Source of the DNA: Malacoraja senta
Lineage: Eukaryota
Direction of reading: 5' to 3'
Length of the DNA stretch: 64,000 nucleotides
Assembly (NCBI GenBank): GCA_038087875.1
Contig: CM075994.1
Span: 9,240,001-9,304,000, forward strand
Shown here: positions 63,318-64,000 of the stretch, piece by piece
Position numbering within the stretch: position 1 is the first letter of the stretch
Layout: every line of letters begins with the position of its first letter
Position numbers and translations under genes: made by a program
The notes under the pieces: model-generated
Databases searched by the model: none
Told to the model about the DNA's origin: nothing
Seen by the model: only the letters and a program-made list of their open reading frames with translations

Positions 63318-63425
63318 CAGCCTCTGCTACCACAAGGAAGCATCGCTGCCCCGCAGAGCAGTTAATAGTTTTATCCACACATCTTTCCGTTGATCCTGAG
63401 CAGGAGTAACACTGCAAACAGTTAC
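63318..63425 (-). CDS. Ly6/uPAR-family gene C, exon 2 (GNCLQCYSCSGSTERCVDKTINCSAGQRCFLVVAEA); exon 1 lies beyond the right edge
   Basis: 108-bp exon with AG/GTAAG boundaries, paralogous to 273-380 and 40788-40895. Confidence 0.87.
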
Positions 63426-64000
63426 CTGTACATTGAGAACAAAACAGAGGAGGTTGTGTGAGAGACACCTGCAGCTCGTTCTGCTGCTGCTCTGACAACG
63501 AGCAACTCCTTTCACTAAACATAGAACAATATCGACACAAAATGCTGGAGTAACTCAGCGGGTCAGGCAGCCGCTCTGGAGAAGAGGTACAGGTGATGTT
63601 TTGGTCGAGACCCTCCCAAATCCCAACTGGTTGTACTGGTTTGAAAGACGTCTTCTCGAATCTCATAGTCTGTAACTCATTCTCACCTCGCCCACAGCTA
63701 ACAATGGCCTGTTTCCTTTATCATCTTTACTTTTTTGCATACCTTTCATTCATTTGTTCAATATCTCTCGATATCAACATCTATCTCTCTCATTTCCCTT
63801 TCCCCTGACTCTCAGTCTGAAGAAGGGTCTCGACCCGAAACGTCACCTATTCCTTCTCTCCAGAGATGCTGCCCGTCCCGCTGAGTTACTCCAGCACTTT
63901 GTGTCTATTGTCGGTGTAAACCAACATCTGCAGTTCCTTCCTACACATCAGTGATGTAGAGCCCTCAGATGTTTAAAGCATTTAAACAGGCCCTTCAGCC

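Overview
Eukaryotic, repeat-dense vertebrate DNA. By inference it comes from a cartilaginous fish, probably a skate or ray, given the HE1-like V-SINEs and the CR1 LINEs with (ATAGAAAC)n/(TATTGTC)n tails. Host content is a minus-strand cluster of three paralogous Ly6/uPAR (three-finger, 10-Cys, GPI-type) genes. Gene A has exons 1-2 at 273-1500, gene B is complete at 38833-42153, and gene C has exons 2-3 at 62144-63425. Gene B's terminal exon is triplicated by a ~4.4-4.5 kb tandem duplication. Between A and B lies a plus-strand CSNK2B (CK2 beta) relic with only exons 5 and 7 recognisable, downstream of a phased multi-CCAAT/YY1 promoter-like island. CSNK2B next to LY6 genes recalls the mammalian MHC class III region. 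The Ly6 paralogs diverge strongly in the loop codons while flanking DNA is nearly identical. The rest is nested mobile DNA: CR1 (one uninterrupted 934-aa EN-RT ORF), L1, Rex1/Babar, L2, V-SINEs, non-autonomous Helitrons with minisatellites, Harbinger-like MITEs, and a Penelope-like element plus many short derivatives carrying a minimal hammerhead-ribozyme motif. Exon boundaries were read by eye from splice sites; repeat boundaries are approximate.
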